The notes under the pieces: model-generated
What the model saw: the letters and a program-made list of their open reading frames with translations, nothing else
Told to the model about the DNA's origin: nothing
Databases searched by the model: none
Part shown: positions 1-10,254 of the stretch, piece by piece
Position numbering within the stretch: the stretch's first letter is position 1
Layout: every line of letters starts with the position of its first letter
NCBI GenBank assembly: GCA_965222155.1
Contig: CBDCTH010000012.1
Location: 2,688,001-2,752,000, forward strand
DNA: 64,000 nt
Direction of reading: 5' to 3'
Source of the DNA: Gammaproteobacteria bacterium
GTDB taxonomy: Bacteria; Pseudomonadota; Gammaproteobacteria; Eutrophobiales; Eutrophobiaceae
Position numbers and translations under genes: made by a program

Positions 1-718
1 GTGAATGCACGTCCGCGCCACCCAGTTCTTCCGCACTGACCACCTCGCCTGTTGCCGCCTTGACCAGGGGCGGGCCAGCGAGAAATATCGTTCCCTGATT
101 CCTGACTATGATGCTTTCATCAGACATGGCCGGCACATAAGCGCCGCCTGCTGTACAGGAACCCATGACCACGGCAAGTTGCGGTATACCCCTGGCCGAC
201 ATACTGGCCTGGTTGTAAAAAATGCGGCCGAAGTGGTCCCTGTCCGGAAAGACTTCATCCTGTTTCGGTAGAAATGCACCGCCCGAATCCACCAGGTAGA
301 TACAGGGCAGGTGGTTCATCCCGGCGATTTCCTGGGCGCGCAGGTGTTTTTTCACTGTCAGCGGGTAGTAGGTTCCGCCTTTGACCGTAGCGTCGTTAGC
401 CACGATCATACATTCACGGCCGGCTACGCGACCGACGCCGGTAATAATACCGGCGGCCGGCACGTCATCATCGTAAATACCCCAGGCGGCAAGTTGTGAC
501 AGTTCCAGGAATGGCGTTCCCGGGTCACACAGTTGTTTGATTCGATCCCGGGGTAGCAGTTTTCCACGAGAGAGATGCTTCTCCCGGGCATTTTCGCCAC
601 CACCCCGTGCAATAATACTGACCTTGTCATTCAGGTCGTTGACCAGGGACTGCATAGCCGCGGCGTTGATTTTGAACTCGCCGGATTCGGGATTAATCGA
701 TGTTTTTATAATAGTCAT
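1..718 (-). CDS. liuB: 3-methylcrotonyl-CoA carboxylase beta (carboxyltransferase) subunit, runs off window edge
   Basis: Not in ORF track. Manual translation from ATG at 718: [29 protein letters not shown]...[14 protein letters not shown]...[27 protein letters not shown]; follows liuA. Confidence 0.9.
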   Translation of the reverse strand, partial: MTIIKTSINPESGEFKINAAAMQSLVNDLNDKVSIIARGGGENAREKHLSRGKLLPRDRIKQLCDPGTPFLELSQLAAWGIYDDDVPAAGIITGVGRVAGRECMIVANDATVKGGTYYPLTVKKHLRAQEIAGMNHLPCIYLVDSGGAFLPKQDEVFPDRDHFGRIFYNQASMSARGIPQLAVVMGSCTAGGAYVPAMSDESIIVRNQGTIFLAGPPLVKAATGEVVSAEELGGADVHS

Positions 719-730
719 AAATTATTTTTC

Positions 731-878
731 AGCCACAGAGAACACAGAGAAAAATCAAATCAGTCACATAGAGTCAGGGCAATTTTAAACTCGTCGCCAC
801 ATTCCAAATGCCTCAGTCTTCATTCTGATTTTCAATGTGTTAAAAATTAATATAACTCTGTGTTCTCTGTGCCCTCTG
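731..878. repeat. ACAGAG-type intergenic inverted repeat
   Basis: agccacagagaacacagag (731-749) pairs with ctctgtgttctctgtg (856-871); similar pair at 47079-47200. Confidence 0.7.
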
Positions 879-891
879 ATGCCAATTTAAA

Positions 892-2064
892 TCAAGCCGA
901 TTCTTCAAAGAGTTCCCGGCCGATGAGCATGCGCCTGATCTCACTGGTGCCGGCGCCAATTTCATACAGTTTTGCATCGCGCAGAAATCGGCCGGCAGGG
1001 AACTCGTTGATGTAGCCGTTACCACCCAGGGCGCTGATTGCTTCCAGGGCCATCCAGGTGGCTTTTTCGCTCGCGTAAAGAATAGCGCCGGCGGCGTCTT
1101 TGCGGGTGGTCTCGTTGCGGTCACAAGCCCTGGCAACGGCGTAGACGTAGGCGCGACAGGCGTTCATGGTGGTATACATATCCGCGATTTTCCCCTGCAT
1201 GAGTTGAAATTCACCGATTGGCCGATTGAATTGTTTGCGTTCGTGAATATAGGGGATAACCACGTCCATACAGGCCTGCATAATGCCCAGAGAGCCGCCC
1301 GCCAGTACCGTCCTTTCGTAATCAAGACCGCTCATCAGCACCTTGACACCCTCGTTGACTTTGCCCAGCACGTTTTCTTGCGGGACTTCACAATCCTCGA
1401 ATACCAGTTCACAGGTATTGGAACCTCGCATCCCCAACTTATCCAGCTTCTGTGCCGTGGAATAACCCTTAAAGCCGTTTTCGACGATAAACGCGGTGAT
1501 GCCCCGCGGCCCCGCCTTGATATCCGTCTTTGCATAAACAACCAGTGTTCGTGCTTCAGGCCCGTTGGTGATCCACATCTTGTTGCCGTTTAGAACGTAC
1601 CTGTCACCTTTCTTATCCGCCCGTAACTTCATGCCGACCACGTCAGAACCGGCGCCAACCTCGGACATGGCCAGCGCCCCGGCATGTTCACCACTGATTA
1701 GTCCGGGCAGGTATTTCCGTTTTTGTTGGTCATTGCCTTTGCGTCTTATCTGGTTGACACAAAGATTGGAATGGGCGCCGTAAGACAACCCGACAGATGC
1801 TGAGGCCCGGCTGATTTCTTCCATGGCTACCACGTGTTCCAGGTAACCCATGCCGGCGCCGCCGTATTCTTCTTCAACGGTGATACCCAGCAATCCCATA
1901 TCGCCCAACTTTCGCCACATCTCCGGAGGAAATTCGTTGGTCTTGTCTATTTCGGCTGCCAGAGGGGCGATTTCCGTTTGGGCAAAGTCGTACACGGCCT
2001 CACGCAACAGGTCCGCGGTTTCACCCAGCTCAAAATTCAGACAAGGGTAGGAAGCATAACTCAT
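892..2064 (-). CDS. liuA: isovaleryl-CoA dehydrogenase
   Basis: Acyl-CoA dehydrogenase motifs [41 protein letters not shown]; liu context. Confidence 0.95.
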   Translation of the reverse strand: MSYASYPCLNFELGETADLLREAVYDFAQTEIAPLAAEIDKTNEFPPEMWRKLGDMGLLGITVEEEYGGAGMGYLEHVVAMEEISRASASVGLSYGAHSNLCVNQIRRKGNDQQKRKYLPGLISGEHAGALAMSEVGAGSDVVGMKLRADKKGDRYVLNGNKMWITNGPEARTLVVYAKTDIKAGPRGITAFIVENGFKGYSTAQKLDKLGMRGSNTCELVFEDCEVPQENVLGKVNEGVKVLMSGLDYERTVLAGGSLGIMQACMDVVIPYIHERKQFNRPIGEFQLMQGKIADMYTTMNACRAYVYAVARACDRNETTRKDAAGAILYASEKATWMALEAISALGGNGYINEFPAGRFLRDAKLYEIGAGTSEIRRMLIGRELFEESA

Positions 2065-2080
2065 AACAACACTCTAAATA

Positions 2081-2094
2081 TTACGTTAACGTTA
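2081..2094. promoter_or_regulatory. LiuR-type operator upstream of liuA
   Basis: TTACGTTAACGTTA matches the LiuR palindrome TTACGT-N2-ACGTAA. Confidence 0.7.
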
Positions 2095-2111
2095 CTATCA
2101 GCAGGGTTAGC

Positions 2112-2498
2112 TCAGGCCTGGGCCACATTTTTCAACAGTTTGTCCAGGCAATTCCGCTCCACTTCATCCATCAGCTTCAGGGTAGCTTCCATATCCTCCA
2201 TTTTTTCCAGCAAAGCGCTCCTGTGCTCGATTATCTTTTGACATAAACTCAGCAGTTGATGGCTGTCATTCGATTGTGAAGGATCATACATCTCTATGAT
2301 TTCTTTGCATTCCTCCAGAGAAAACCCCAGTCTCTTGCCGCGTAAGGTCAGTAATAACCGGGTTTTGTCCCGTTCCGAATAGATGCGGGTCTGACCCCGC
2401 CTGATCGGCGACAACAGGCCCTTATCCTCGTAGAACCGCAGCGCTCTGGCAGTAATGCCAAATTGTTCCGCAAGGTTTTTTATGGAATATTCGAGCAT
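2112..2498 (-). CDS. liuR: MerR-family regulator LiuR
   Basis: YSIKNLAEQFGITARALRFYEDKGLLSP.R.GQTRIYS...RGKRLGFSL; upstream of liuA; ATG at 2498. Confidence 0.85.
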   Translation of the reverse strand: MLEYSIKNLAEQFGITARALRFYEDKGLLSPIRRGQTRIYSERDKTRLLLTLRGKRLGFSLEECKEIIEMYDPSQSNDSHQLLSLCQKIIEHRSALLEKMEDMEATLKLMDEVERNCLDKLLKNVAQA

Positions 2499-2510
2499 CA
2501 ATCAATCCTG

Positions 2511-2540
2511 ACTATAGTTGACGTTAACGTAAACTATAGT
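2511..2540. promoter_or_regulatory. LiuR-type operator in an extended 30-bp palindrome upstream of liuR
   Basis: ACTATAGT-TGACGTTAACGTAA-ACTATAGT. Confidence 0.8.
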
Positions 2541-2588
2541 CATATAATTTAAAAAGATCAAGCCGCGTCTCTGTGAATGCCGAGTAGT

Positions 2589-2631
2589 GGCACATAGCCT
2601 GCCCCTGCATGCTGTAAGCAGGGGATGTGCC
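2589..2631. repeat. REP-like hairpin (AGCCTGCCCCTGC...AAGCAGGGG family)
   Basis: ggcacat-agcctgcccctgcatgctgtaagcagggg-atgtgcc; related copy at 15512-15553. Confidence 0.6.
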
Positions 2632-2758
2632 GATAACGGACCAAAGGATGGAACTCCAGTCAACAAACTTTCCGTATTAGTAATGAGCAATATATCTGAC
2701 TGGATTACAGACCCCTGCTAACGACATGCAGGGCATGCTTCGCCGGAATGAAATCGGG

Positions 2759-2968
2759 GCGTTCACCGGCGCATTTTTTGACCTTGACATTGAAGTATAC
2801 ATGGTGAAGGTGAGTTTTCAGCAAAAACCCTATCGCCGCGCTTTCATGGAAAGTTTCGGGGGCAGCAATTTTGCCGGTATTGCGTTTCCCTTTCTCGGCG
2901 AGAAATTGCGAGGCGGACAGGACGTGGACATCATCGCGGTTGAGCCGGCCAATTGTCCGACCCTGTCC
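2759..2968 (+). pseudogene. internal fragment of TrpB2 (TrpB-like PLP enzyme), itself internally deleted
   Basis: [34 protein letters not shown] joined directly to [13 protein letters not shown]...[12 protein letters not shown]; these blocks are normally far apart. Confidence 0.8.
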
Positions 2969-3034
2969 GGTTTACCCCCTGTTGCAACCGTGGGTTGAGA
3001 TATAGCAGTTCCCGGTTGAGATACGTCGTTACTT

Positions 3035-3592
3035 CTACTTTTCGGTAGCGACACCTAGGATAATCGCTGTCGTGCAGTGGTAAATCGTGCTGTTTTCCGT
3101 GCCGACACACCAGTTGATATCATTATTGGAAAAAGCGCGGTAAGGGGGGACATCCCCCAGGTTGTTGTTGCACAGGCAGCGACTGCAACTGGTTTTACCA
3201 CAGCAATCGTTATAGGAGATGATGTAGTTCAGATCATCCGCGGGATTTTTGCAGGTGCCAATCCAGGTCATGGCGGACATCGCCGTACCCGGAGGACAGG
3301 ATACGTGGGTACCGCCGCAGCAGCTACAGAGAAAACCGTCAACCGCGCAGTAGCGCCAATAATCGCAGGAAGCCGGATCGCCGGGATCCGCGGCGGAGTT
3401 GCCGCTGGTCTGTGGGGCTACTCCGTGATAACCACTGCCGCCGCCGTCGCCTGCAGCCCGGGCTACCGGCAGTAACGGCACTGCGGCGCCACCGGCCAGC
3501 GCCAGCCCTATCTTCTTTAACAGATGACGGCGTGACGTGTTCTTCGCCACCCGTCGGGAAAACCGTTCAGTGATTTTATCCAGCCAAATCAT
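3035..3592 (-). CDS. TTQ amine dehydrogenase small subunit (MauA/AauA family)
   Basis: Tat signal SRRHLLK; Cys-rich; CDYWRYCAVDGFLCSCCGG, SYNDCCGK and NDINWC (the two TTQ Trp positions). Confidence 0.93.
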   Translation of the reverse strand: MIWLDKITERFSRRVAKNTSRRHLLKKIGLALAGGAAVPLLPVARAAGDGGGSGYHGVAPQTSGNSAADPGDPASCDYWRYCAVDGFLCSCCGGTHVSCPPGTAMSAMTWIGTCKNPADDLNYIISYNDCCGKTSCSRCLCNNNLGDVPPYRAFSNNDINWCVGTENSTIYHCTTAIILGVATEK

Positions 3593-3644
3593 TTAACTTG
3601 CTCCTTCTTGAAACTGAATGCCGGTATACGGACCGTGTCTATAA

Positions 3645-4793
3645 TTATCTTGACGCATGAATAATCATCGGCATCTCGAAGGCCCGGCCGCCAATGAGGC
3701 GAAGCCATTCGCCACTGTCCGCGGAATAAACGTCCAGCTCCATATTACCGTTAGTCACGACCAGATAAGGTTGTTCGCCTTGAGTCACTTCTACCGAAAC
3801 ACCCCATTCTTTCAGAATTATACGGTTAAGGCGTTGCCTTGATTCGACGTCGTAGACCCAGACCTCACTACCGCCGCCCTTATGGGAGCCATCCGTCCCA
3901 TCGGGGTGCATAAGCACGAAAAGCCTGTGACTTGACGCATGGGCGGTAGCAATTTGCCAACCACCCGGGCGCCAGTTTTCCATCTTGTCCTGCTCCTGCA
4001 GCAGGGACCAGCTTGCTGGTATCTCAGGACTTGCTGCGGTCATATCAACCGGTTGTACCATGCCCTTGAATGAAGGAAAATAGTACACCCCGGCAATGAC
4101 CGCCGGCTTGGCAAAAATCGGGTCGGCGTCTGTGTCAAAAAAGGCCCCGGTGCGTTCCTGTTTGTTAACCTGACCATTCTCGTCCAGGTAGGAGACCAGC
4201 ATGGTATTATCTCCACACAGGCTACCGAAGCTATGTTGTTTTGATGGGTAGATCATGGTGCAACCGGCTATTGAGACTTCCGCCAGGACTTCGCGTTTCT
4301 CAATACCGATAACGCTGACGGAAGCGGCCGGGGTAAAATTGTACAGCAGCAAGAATTTTTCGTTATCCAGAAACTGTAGCGTGTTTTTGTGGGTAACGAT
4401 CATCCCGCGCTTGGCGCCGGGTAAAACTATCTCATCGATGGGGGCAAGACTGGTCTTGTCGTAGATGGTGATCAAATCCGTTCTCTCGCCCCGCAGACGT
4501 CTGGAGTGAATTGATTCCGCCACGTACAGTTGCGCCCGGCTTGACGCGGCAAGAAAGGATGGAAAATGGGACGAGGGAATGGAACCCTTGTAATTACGGT
4601 TTTCTGCCGCCACGTCCACCACGATCACCTTGGCGTCGTTAAGCGCGTAAAAGTTGGTGTCGTGGGCATACACCCAGGTATCGGGGTAGCTTGCCGGCAG
4701 GGTTTCTACATTGGGAATCGTATCCACCGGCAATTCAGCCAATGACGTCATGCAGCTTAAAATGAGTACCAGGCCGAATACGGCGCGTTTCAT
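3645..4793 (-). CDS. amine dehydrogenase large subunit (MauB/AauB family beta-propeller)
   Basis: Signal peptide MKRAVFGLVL; LYVAES..SR..RGERTD, YNFTPAASVSV, WRPGGWQ, DGSHK...SEVWVYD; adjacent to the light chain. Confidence 0.9.
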   Translation of the reverse strand: MKRAVFGLVLILSCMTSLAELPVDTIPNVETLPASYPDTWVYAHDTNFYALNDAKVIVVDVAAENRNYKGSIPSSHFPSFLAASSRAQLYVAESIHSRRLRGERTDLITIYDKTSLAPIDEIVLPGAKRGMIVTHKNTLQFLDNEKFLLLYNFTPAASVSVIGIEKREVLAEVSIAGCTMIYPSKQHSFGSLCGDNTMLVSYLDENGQVNKQERTGAFFDTDADPIFAKPAVIAGVYYFPSFKGMVQPVDMTAASPEIPASWSLLQEQDKMENWRPGGWQIATAHASSHRLFVLMHPDGTDGSHKGGGSEVWVYDVESRQRLNRIILKEWGVSVEVTQGEQPYLVVTNGNMELDVYSADSGEWLRLIGGRAFEMPMIIHASR

Positions 4794-4904
4794 CTCAGTC
4801 TCCGATTTAATCCGAATTTTACAACTCCATACATATCCCTGCAACTGGAGTCATTCCATGACAACGACAGCCGTTATACCGGCATGCGCCGGAATGGCGA
4901 TCCC

Positions 4905-7136
4905 TTAGAAATGATAGGATACACTACCGCCGACCCAACGCGGACGGCCGTAATATTCCTCGATCCACCCCAGCAAGGCGGCAATATCGAAAGACTGAAC
5001 GACGTATTCTTCGTCAGTGATATTCTCGGCAAATACGGCAACCTCCCACTTATCGTCTGCAGTGGACCAGGAAAGTCGGGCATTGGCTATATGATAGCCG
5101 TTTTCACTAACGGCATCCGCGAGTGTCAGGGCATGGTAATGCTTGGATCGATAATGAATATCACCTTGTATAGCCATGACGCCGTTCTGGACCGGCCATT
5201 CATAGCGGATCAGACCATTCAGGTTCCATTTTGGGGATTGAATAGACGTGGTTTTTGTACCGTCCGCCAGGGTTACATCAATATCGTTATAGGAAACACC
5301 GAAGGCCAGGTCCAGACCGTCCGAGGGAGTAACAAATAACTCTGCCTCAAACCCCATACTCTCAGCATCCGGGGCGCTGACGACGTTGGTAGCAAGACCA
5401 ACGATGGTGAATGCCTGAAAGTCCTTATAATCATTGTAATAGGCAGAGACATTAAGACGCGCCTGGCCGTCAAGCAGGGAGGACTTGAAGCCGATCTCAA
5501 AGGCATTCAGTTCTTCTTCATTGAACTGGAATTGCGCATCGTACTCAGGCGTGCCGGGGTCGGCTACCAGGTAGGCTTCCAGCGGCGCATTGAAACCGCC
5601 ACCTTTTACTCCCCTGTTCCAACTGGCATAAACCAGCCAGTCATCATTGGGTTGCCAGTCAAGCTCGACTTTTGCCGACCAGAGACCTTCATTATACTCG
5701 CCGCTGAATCCACCCAGAGAATCCAGGATATTCGGATTGCCGTTACGTTCCACGCTGCCGTTATTCAAAAACGCAACAAAATTGTTTTCATAGCCGTAAT
5801 CAACCTGCTCATCAATCCAGCGAAAACCGCCAATCACGGTAAACTGGTCACCGAGTTGGTATTCAAGCTGTCCGAACAGTGACCATGAGTCTTTCTCCTG
5901 TGTATACGGACTGTCAAGGCCGGCATAGTTACCCAGGCCATCCGTGCCGGATGCGCCTGACGGGTCCACGCCAAGCAGGGGGATCTCCGCGCCGTTGGCA
6001 TCGGCAATATCAATGTTCAGGTAATAAAAACCGGCAACCCAGCGCAGTGCATCGGTCTCTCCGTTCAGACGGATTTCATTGGACCACTGTTCGGCGTCCG
6101 TACTCAGAAAGAAGTTGAAGTCTGCCAGCGGGCTGGCATCGGAATCCTCGATGTAATCGCGTTCAACACTCTGGCGGTCCATGATGACAGTCAGCAGCTT
6201 GTCACCCAGGTTCCACTTGAGGGTGCCGGTAAATCCAGAGGTCTCCAGGTCATTATGCCCCAGCTTGTCATAATCGCCGGCATAGTTATCGCGGTCGGCA
6301 TCACAATACCCGTTGAAGTTGGTGAACTCGCCACAACGATTCTTTTCCTTGACGCCGTTACCGTCAGCACCGACCGAGCCGGCTACGTTTTCAAAAAACC
6401 CGGTGCGAATCTCCTGCAGTGAATAACGGCCGTTCAGCAGCAGTGAGAAATCTTCGCTGGGTTCGAACAGGAACTGCGCCCTGGCAGCATAGTCGTTGGC
6501 ATTATTCAGGTCGTTATCCGGGTCAACGCGGTTTTCCACGTAACCACTGTTGTGGTGTGTGGAAACTGACAGACGGGCAGACAGCCCCTCCGTCAACGCG
6601 CCGTTGACGGCGCCCTGGAATTTCACCTGGTCGTACTCACCGACGGTGACCTGGCCGTAACCGCCGAATTCCTGCTCGGGTTTATTGGTTACGAAGTGGG
6701 CCAGACCTCCGGTGGCGTTTCGGCCGTACAAAGTGCCCTGCGGCCCGCGCAGGATCTCCACCCGCTCCATGTCGAACAGCATGAAGCCGGCGCCGGACAT
6801 CTGTGAGATATACACTTCGTCCACGTAGAGGGAAACGGGACTTTCCTGGTTGGCGACGAAGTCACTGTTGGCAGCGCCGCGGATTGCCAGGGCGTAGTTG
6901 GCTTCGCCGTTGGGTTGGACGGTATGTACTCCGGGCGCCAGCGCGGTGATCTGCTGGGCGTTGGTGTAACCCAGTTGACGCATTTGCTCACCGGAAAACG
7001 CGGTAATGGCGATGCCGACGTCCTGGATGTTCTGTTCACGCTTCTGCGCGGTGACGATGATCTCTTCCAGAACCTGGGCATTGACCAGACCGGTAATAGC
7101 GAAACTCATCAGGACAATTACGATTTTCTTTGCCAT
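4905..7136 (-). CDS. TonB-dependent receptor
   Basis: LEEIIVTAQKREQ, DMERVEILRGPQGTLYGRNATGG, C-terminal ...GGSVSYHF; likely start MAKKIV at 7136. Confidence 0.95.
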   Translation of the reverse strand: MAKKIVIVLMSFAITGLVNAQVLEEIIVTAQKREQNIQDVGIAITAFSGEQMRQLGYTNAQQITALAPGVHTVQPNGEANYALAIRGAANSDFVANQESPVSLYVDEVYISQMSGAGFMLFDMERVEILRGPQGTLYGRNATGGLAHFVTNKPEQEFGGYGQVTVGEYDQVKFQGAVNGALTEGLSARLSVSTHHNSGYVENRVDPDNDLNNANDYAARAQFLFEPSEDFSLLLNGRYSLQEIRTGFFENVAGSVGADGNGVKEKNRCGEFTNFNGYCDADRDNYAGDYDKLGHNDLETSGFTGTLKWNLGDKLLTVIMDRQSVERDYIEDSDASPLADFNFFLSTDAEQWSNEIRLNGETDALRWVAGFYYLNIDIADANGAEIPLLGVDPSGASGTDGLGNYAGLDSPYTQEKDSWSLFGQLEYQLGDQFTVIGGFRWIDEQVDYGYENNFVAFLNNGSVERNGNPNILDSLGGFSGEYNEGLWSAKVELDWQPNDDWLVYASWNRGVKGGGFNAPLEAYLVADPGTPEYDAQFQFNEEELNAFEIGFKSSLLDGQARLNVSAYYNDYKDFQAFTIVGLATNVVSAPDAESMGFEAELFVTPSDGLDLAFGVSYNDIDVTLADGTKTTSIQSPKWNLNGLIRYEWPVQNGVMAIQGDIHYRSKHYHALTLADAVSENGYHIANARLSWSTADDKWEVAVFAENITDEEYVVQSFDIAALLGWIEEYYGRPRWVGGSVSYHF

Positions 7137-7203
7137 TGGACACCCCCTGGGATGTTGATTCGATAATAAAACCTGCATGTATCCATGCACACAAAGCTAA
7201 TTT

Positions 7204-7236
7204 TAGGACAATCGTCTTAATAGGTCAATAGTCCTA
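7204..7236. promoter_or_regulatory. two tandem palindromic operators (TAGGAC-N4-GTCCTA), probably bound by the TetR
   Basis: TAGGACAATCGTCTTA (7204-7219) and TAGGTCAATAGTCCTA (7221-7236) between the divergent receptor and tetR genes. Confidence 0.65.
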
Positions 7237-7279
7237 AAATAAAAAATTATAAAATTTATCCTCTGGCTTATGCAATAAT

Positions 7280-7999
7280 TTGCAAAGTTGCAGCAAATCC
7301 AAATCGCCGACATTCATGTTGATCCGACAACGCAAGGCCCTTAACCGATCCGGAACGGCTACCCACGAGAAAGGGATAACCCGATTAATCAGTATCCTGG
7401 ATGCGGCCAGGGAGGTGCTCATGGAAGCCGGTTACGGCGGCTTCACCATGCGCAAAGTCGCAGCACGCGCCGGTATCACTATCGGTAATCTCAACTATTA
7501 TTACCGGACCAAAGAAGATTTATTACGGGATTTGTTGGAATACGTCATCAACCATTACCTGGAAGAATTTGAACGCCGCCGGCAAATCGCCGGACATTCT
7601 CCCGAGAAACAACTGCTGGCCGTCCTCAAATTCTGGATTGAAGACCTGAATACCCTGGAAACCACCATTTTCTTCCCGGAACTCTGGGCATTGGGCAACC
7701 ATGATCCCTATATCGCCGAGTTGATCGATGACCTGTACGCAAAGGCCAGGTTACCGTTGAACGAACTGATCCCGCAAATCAACCCCACACTGACCAGGAA
7801 AGAGGCTGAACGGATGGCGCTGTATATGTGCGCGGCAATGGAAGGCCTGACAATTTTCGTGGGAAAAGACAAGTCCTGGTCCAACCAGATCGAGGAAATA
7901 AAACGGATAACCATCAGAAACTTCATGACAATGATCAAGAACACAACAGGCAAGCGTAAGCAAAGTAAGCGGGATGACGCGGCTGTACAACCGTTATGA
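7280..7999 (+). CDS. TetR-family regulator (start may be ATG 7316)
   Basis: ILDAAREVLMEAGYGGFTMRKVAARAGITIGNLNYYYRTKEDLL HTH. Confidence 0.9.
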   Translation: MQSCSKSKSPTFMLIRQRKALNRSGTATHEKGITRLISILDAAREVLMEAGYGGFTMRKVAARAGITIGNLNYYYRTKEDLLRDLLEYVINHYLEEFERRRQIAGHSPEKQLLAVLKFWIEDLNTLETTIFFPELWALGNHDPYIAELIDDLYAKARLPLNELIPQINPTLTRKEAERMALYMCAAMEGLTIFVGKDKSWSNQIEEIKRITIRNFMTMIKNTTGKRKQSKRDDAAVQPL

Positions 8000-8066
8000 C
8001 TTGCCTTCTCAACCACCTGTGACACACTACGCACCTTTTATAATGGCTACGTAAGGAATACAGAAC

Positions 8067-8594
8067 ATGAGCGACATGATCAAATATCTGTTACAGGAAG
8101 CCGACATTCCCACAGTCTGGTATAACATCGCCGCGGATTTACCCGAACCGCCGCCGCCGGTACTGCATCCCGGGACGGGTCAGCCCATCACACCGGCTGA
8201 TCTCGCCCCGCTGTTTCCGATGGCCGTAATCGAACAGGAAGTCAGCAGCGAACGTTATATCGATATACCTCACCCGGTAAGGGATATTCTCAAGCAATGG
8301 CGGCCATCACCTCTGTACAGGGCGCGCCGGCTGGAACAGGCCCTGGATACGCCAGCGCGGATTTATTACAAGTACGAGGGTGTGAGTCCGGCAGGGTCCC
8401 ATAAGCCCAATACCGCCGTGGCCCAGGCGTTTTATTCGAAGCAGGAAGGCGTGAAGCGCATCACCACGGAAACGGGCGCGGGCCAGTGGGGATCGGCGCT
8501 GGCATTTGCCGGCAAGCTGTACGGCCAGGACTATTCCGAGGAAGAACTCGCTATGGCCCTGTCCGGCCTGCCCTCGGTGGCTGTCGCCGCCTGA
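8067..8594 (+). pseudogene. TrpB2 with large in-frame internal deletion (N-terminus fused to C-terminal tail)
   Basis: [27 protein letters not shown] (PLP Lys), [17 protein letters not shown] then directly [16 protein letters not shown]; 175 aa versus ~450 expected. Confidence 0.85.
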
Positions 8595-8595
8595 G

Positions 8596-9918
8596 ATGAA
8601 CTCGAAATCTTCTGTCGCACGACAATCCGGACACGATATTGTCATTGTCGGCGGCGGGGTTGCCGGCATCCATCTGGCAACAAAACTGGGACGGGCTGTT
8701 CGTTCCAGGCCGGATGTTTCGGTCAAGCTCGTCGATGCTACGTTGACCCACGTCTGGAAACCGTCACTACATGAATTTGCGGCAGGCTCCCGCGGCATCG
8801 GAGATGATGAGGTCAGTTTTCTGTCGCACTCGATGAGGAATAACTACGAATTCCAGCTCGGATACTTCGCCGGGGTAGACACTGAAAAACAGGTTGTCAC
8901 TCTCGACCCCGTCACTGATGACGTTGGAAAACCCATCGCGCCAAGACGCACTTTGTCTTACGACACATTCGTCCTGGCTATCGGCAGCGTCTGCTCTGAT
9001 CTTGGCGTGCCAGGCGTCACTGAAAATTGCCTGTTCCTGGACAATCGAAAGCAGGCGCAAAGCCTGCACCGCGAATTCCTGAACCTTTGTTTGCGGTATG
9101 ACAGCGGCGCGTTGCCGGACGGCGCTAATTCAATCGACATCGCCATCGTCGGCGGTGGCGCTACTGGCGTGGAGTTGGCGGCTGAACTACGCGAAGCAAC
9201 GCATAACGGCCTCGACACTCTCATACCCCCCGAGCGCGTCCGCATCAGCGTTATCGAAGCAAGCGACCGGCTTGTGCCGGGGTTGCCGGAACGCCTGTCG
9301 CGCGCGGTCCGGCGCGAGCTTGAGAAGCTCGATATCAACGTATTTTTGAACAGCCGCGTGACCCGCTTGACTCAGCACAGCATCATTCTGAATGATGACC
9401 AGACCGTTGATGCGCATTTGAAGATCTGGGCCGCCGGCATTTCCGCGCCTGAGGAACTCAAGTCGCTCAGCCAATTTGAGCACGACCGGGTTGGGCGTAT
9501 CAAGGTCGACAGAACCTTGCGGGCTGCCGGGTTCGATGATATCTTCGTGCTTGGCGACAGCGCCTGTTGTCCCTGGACTGACGCAAATACGCCGGTACCC
9601 CCGCGCGCCCAGGCCGCAACGCAGCAGGCCGCCTTTATGGTCGGACAGGTGCAGCGCCGTCTGGCCGATCAGCCGCTTCTGCAATTCAACTACAGAGACC
9701 GGGGTTCTCTGGTGTCGATCGCCGACCACTCTGCGGTCGGCACATTGATGGGAAAAGCCCTGGGCATCATAACGTTTGAGGGGCGCCTGGCGCGCTGGGC
9801 TTACTTGTCGCTCTACCAGATGCACCTGTTGTCGGTACATGGTGTAACGAAAACGATATATCTCAGCATCGCAAGATTCTTTGCGTCACGTACGCGACCA
9901 CGACTGAAACTTCATTGA
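8596..9918 (+). CDS. ndh: type II NADH dehydrogenase-like FAD oxidoreductase
   Basis: IVIVGGGVAG, HVWKPSLHE, IAIVGGGATGVELAAEL, VPPRAQAATQQA, C-terminal RPRLKLH. Confidence 0.88.
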   Translation: MNSKSSVARQSGHDIVIVGGGVAGIHLATKLGRAVRSRPDVSVKLVDATLTHVWKPSLHEFAAGSRGIGDDEVSFLSHSMRNNYEFQLGYFAGVDTEKQVVTLDPVTDDVGKPIAPRRTLSYDTFVLAIGSVCSDLGVPGVTENCLFLDNRKQAQSLHREFLNLCLRYDSGALPDGANSIDIAIVGGGATGVELAAELREATHNGLDTLIPPERVRISVIEASDRLVPGLPERLSRAVRRELEKLDINVFLNSRVTRLTQHSIILNDDQTVDAHLKIWAAGISAPEELKSLSQFEHDRVGRIKVDRTLRAAGFDDIFVLGDSACCPWTDANTPVPPRAQAATQQAAFMVGQVQRRLADQPLLQFNYRDRGSLVSIADHSAVGTLMGKALGIITFEGRLARWAYLSLYQMHLLSVHGVTKTIYLSIARFFASRTRPRLKLH

Positions 9919-10254
9919 AGCGGTAAAGCTGTCACTCAGCAGCGTACAGTTCGAGATAGTAATATCCGTTTACCGGAAAAACGTGTTGCTATATCGCGTT
10001 TTTCCGGCAAATTCGGCAATTACATGCACATAATTACCGAGTGTTTTTTCAGAATCATGATCGGCAGGCTTTAAAAAATTCGCTGCTGTGCTGTACTTTC
10101 TCCAATACTTATTTCTTGCTGCCTGACTCATTAGTTATCTGAATATCTCCAAATTCTGTTGTTTCCTTTATTATTGGTAAGCGGATGGCCACGCGCAGTT
10201 GTTGTTCGGCGGCCACTAACTTGAGCACATAGACCTTTCCGAATATTTCATTCA

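Noticed and set aside
8506-8595. N-terminal extension of ndh in the ORF track
   Set aside because: Overlaps the trpB2 remnant; ATG 8596 gives a normal-length protein.
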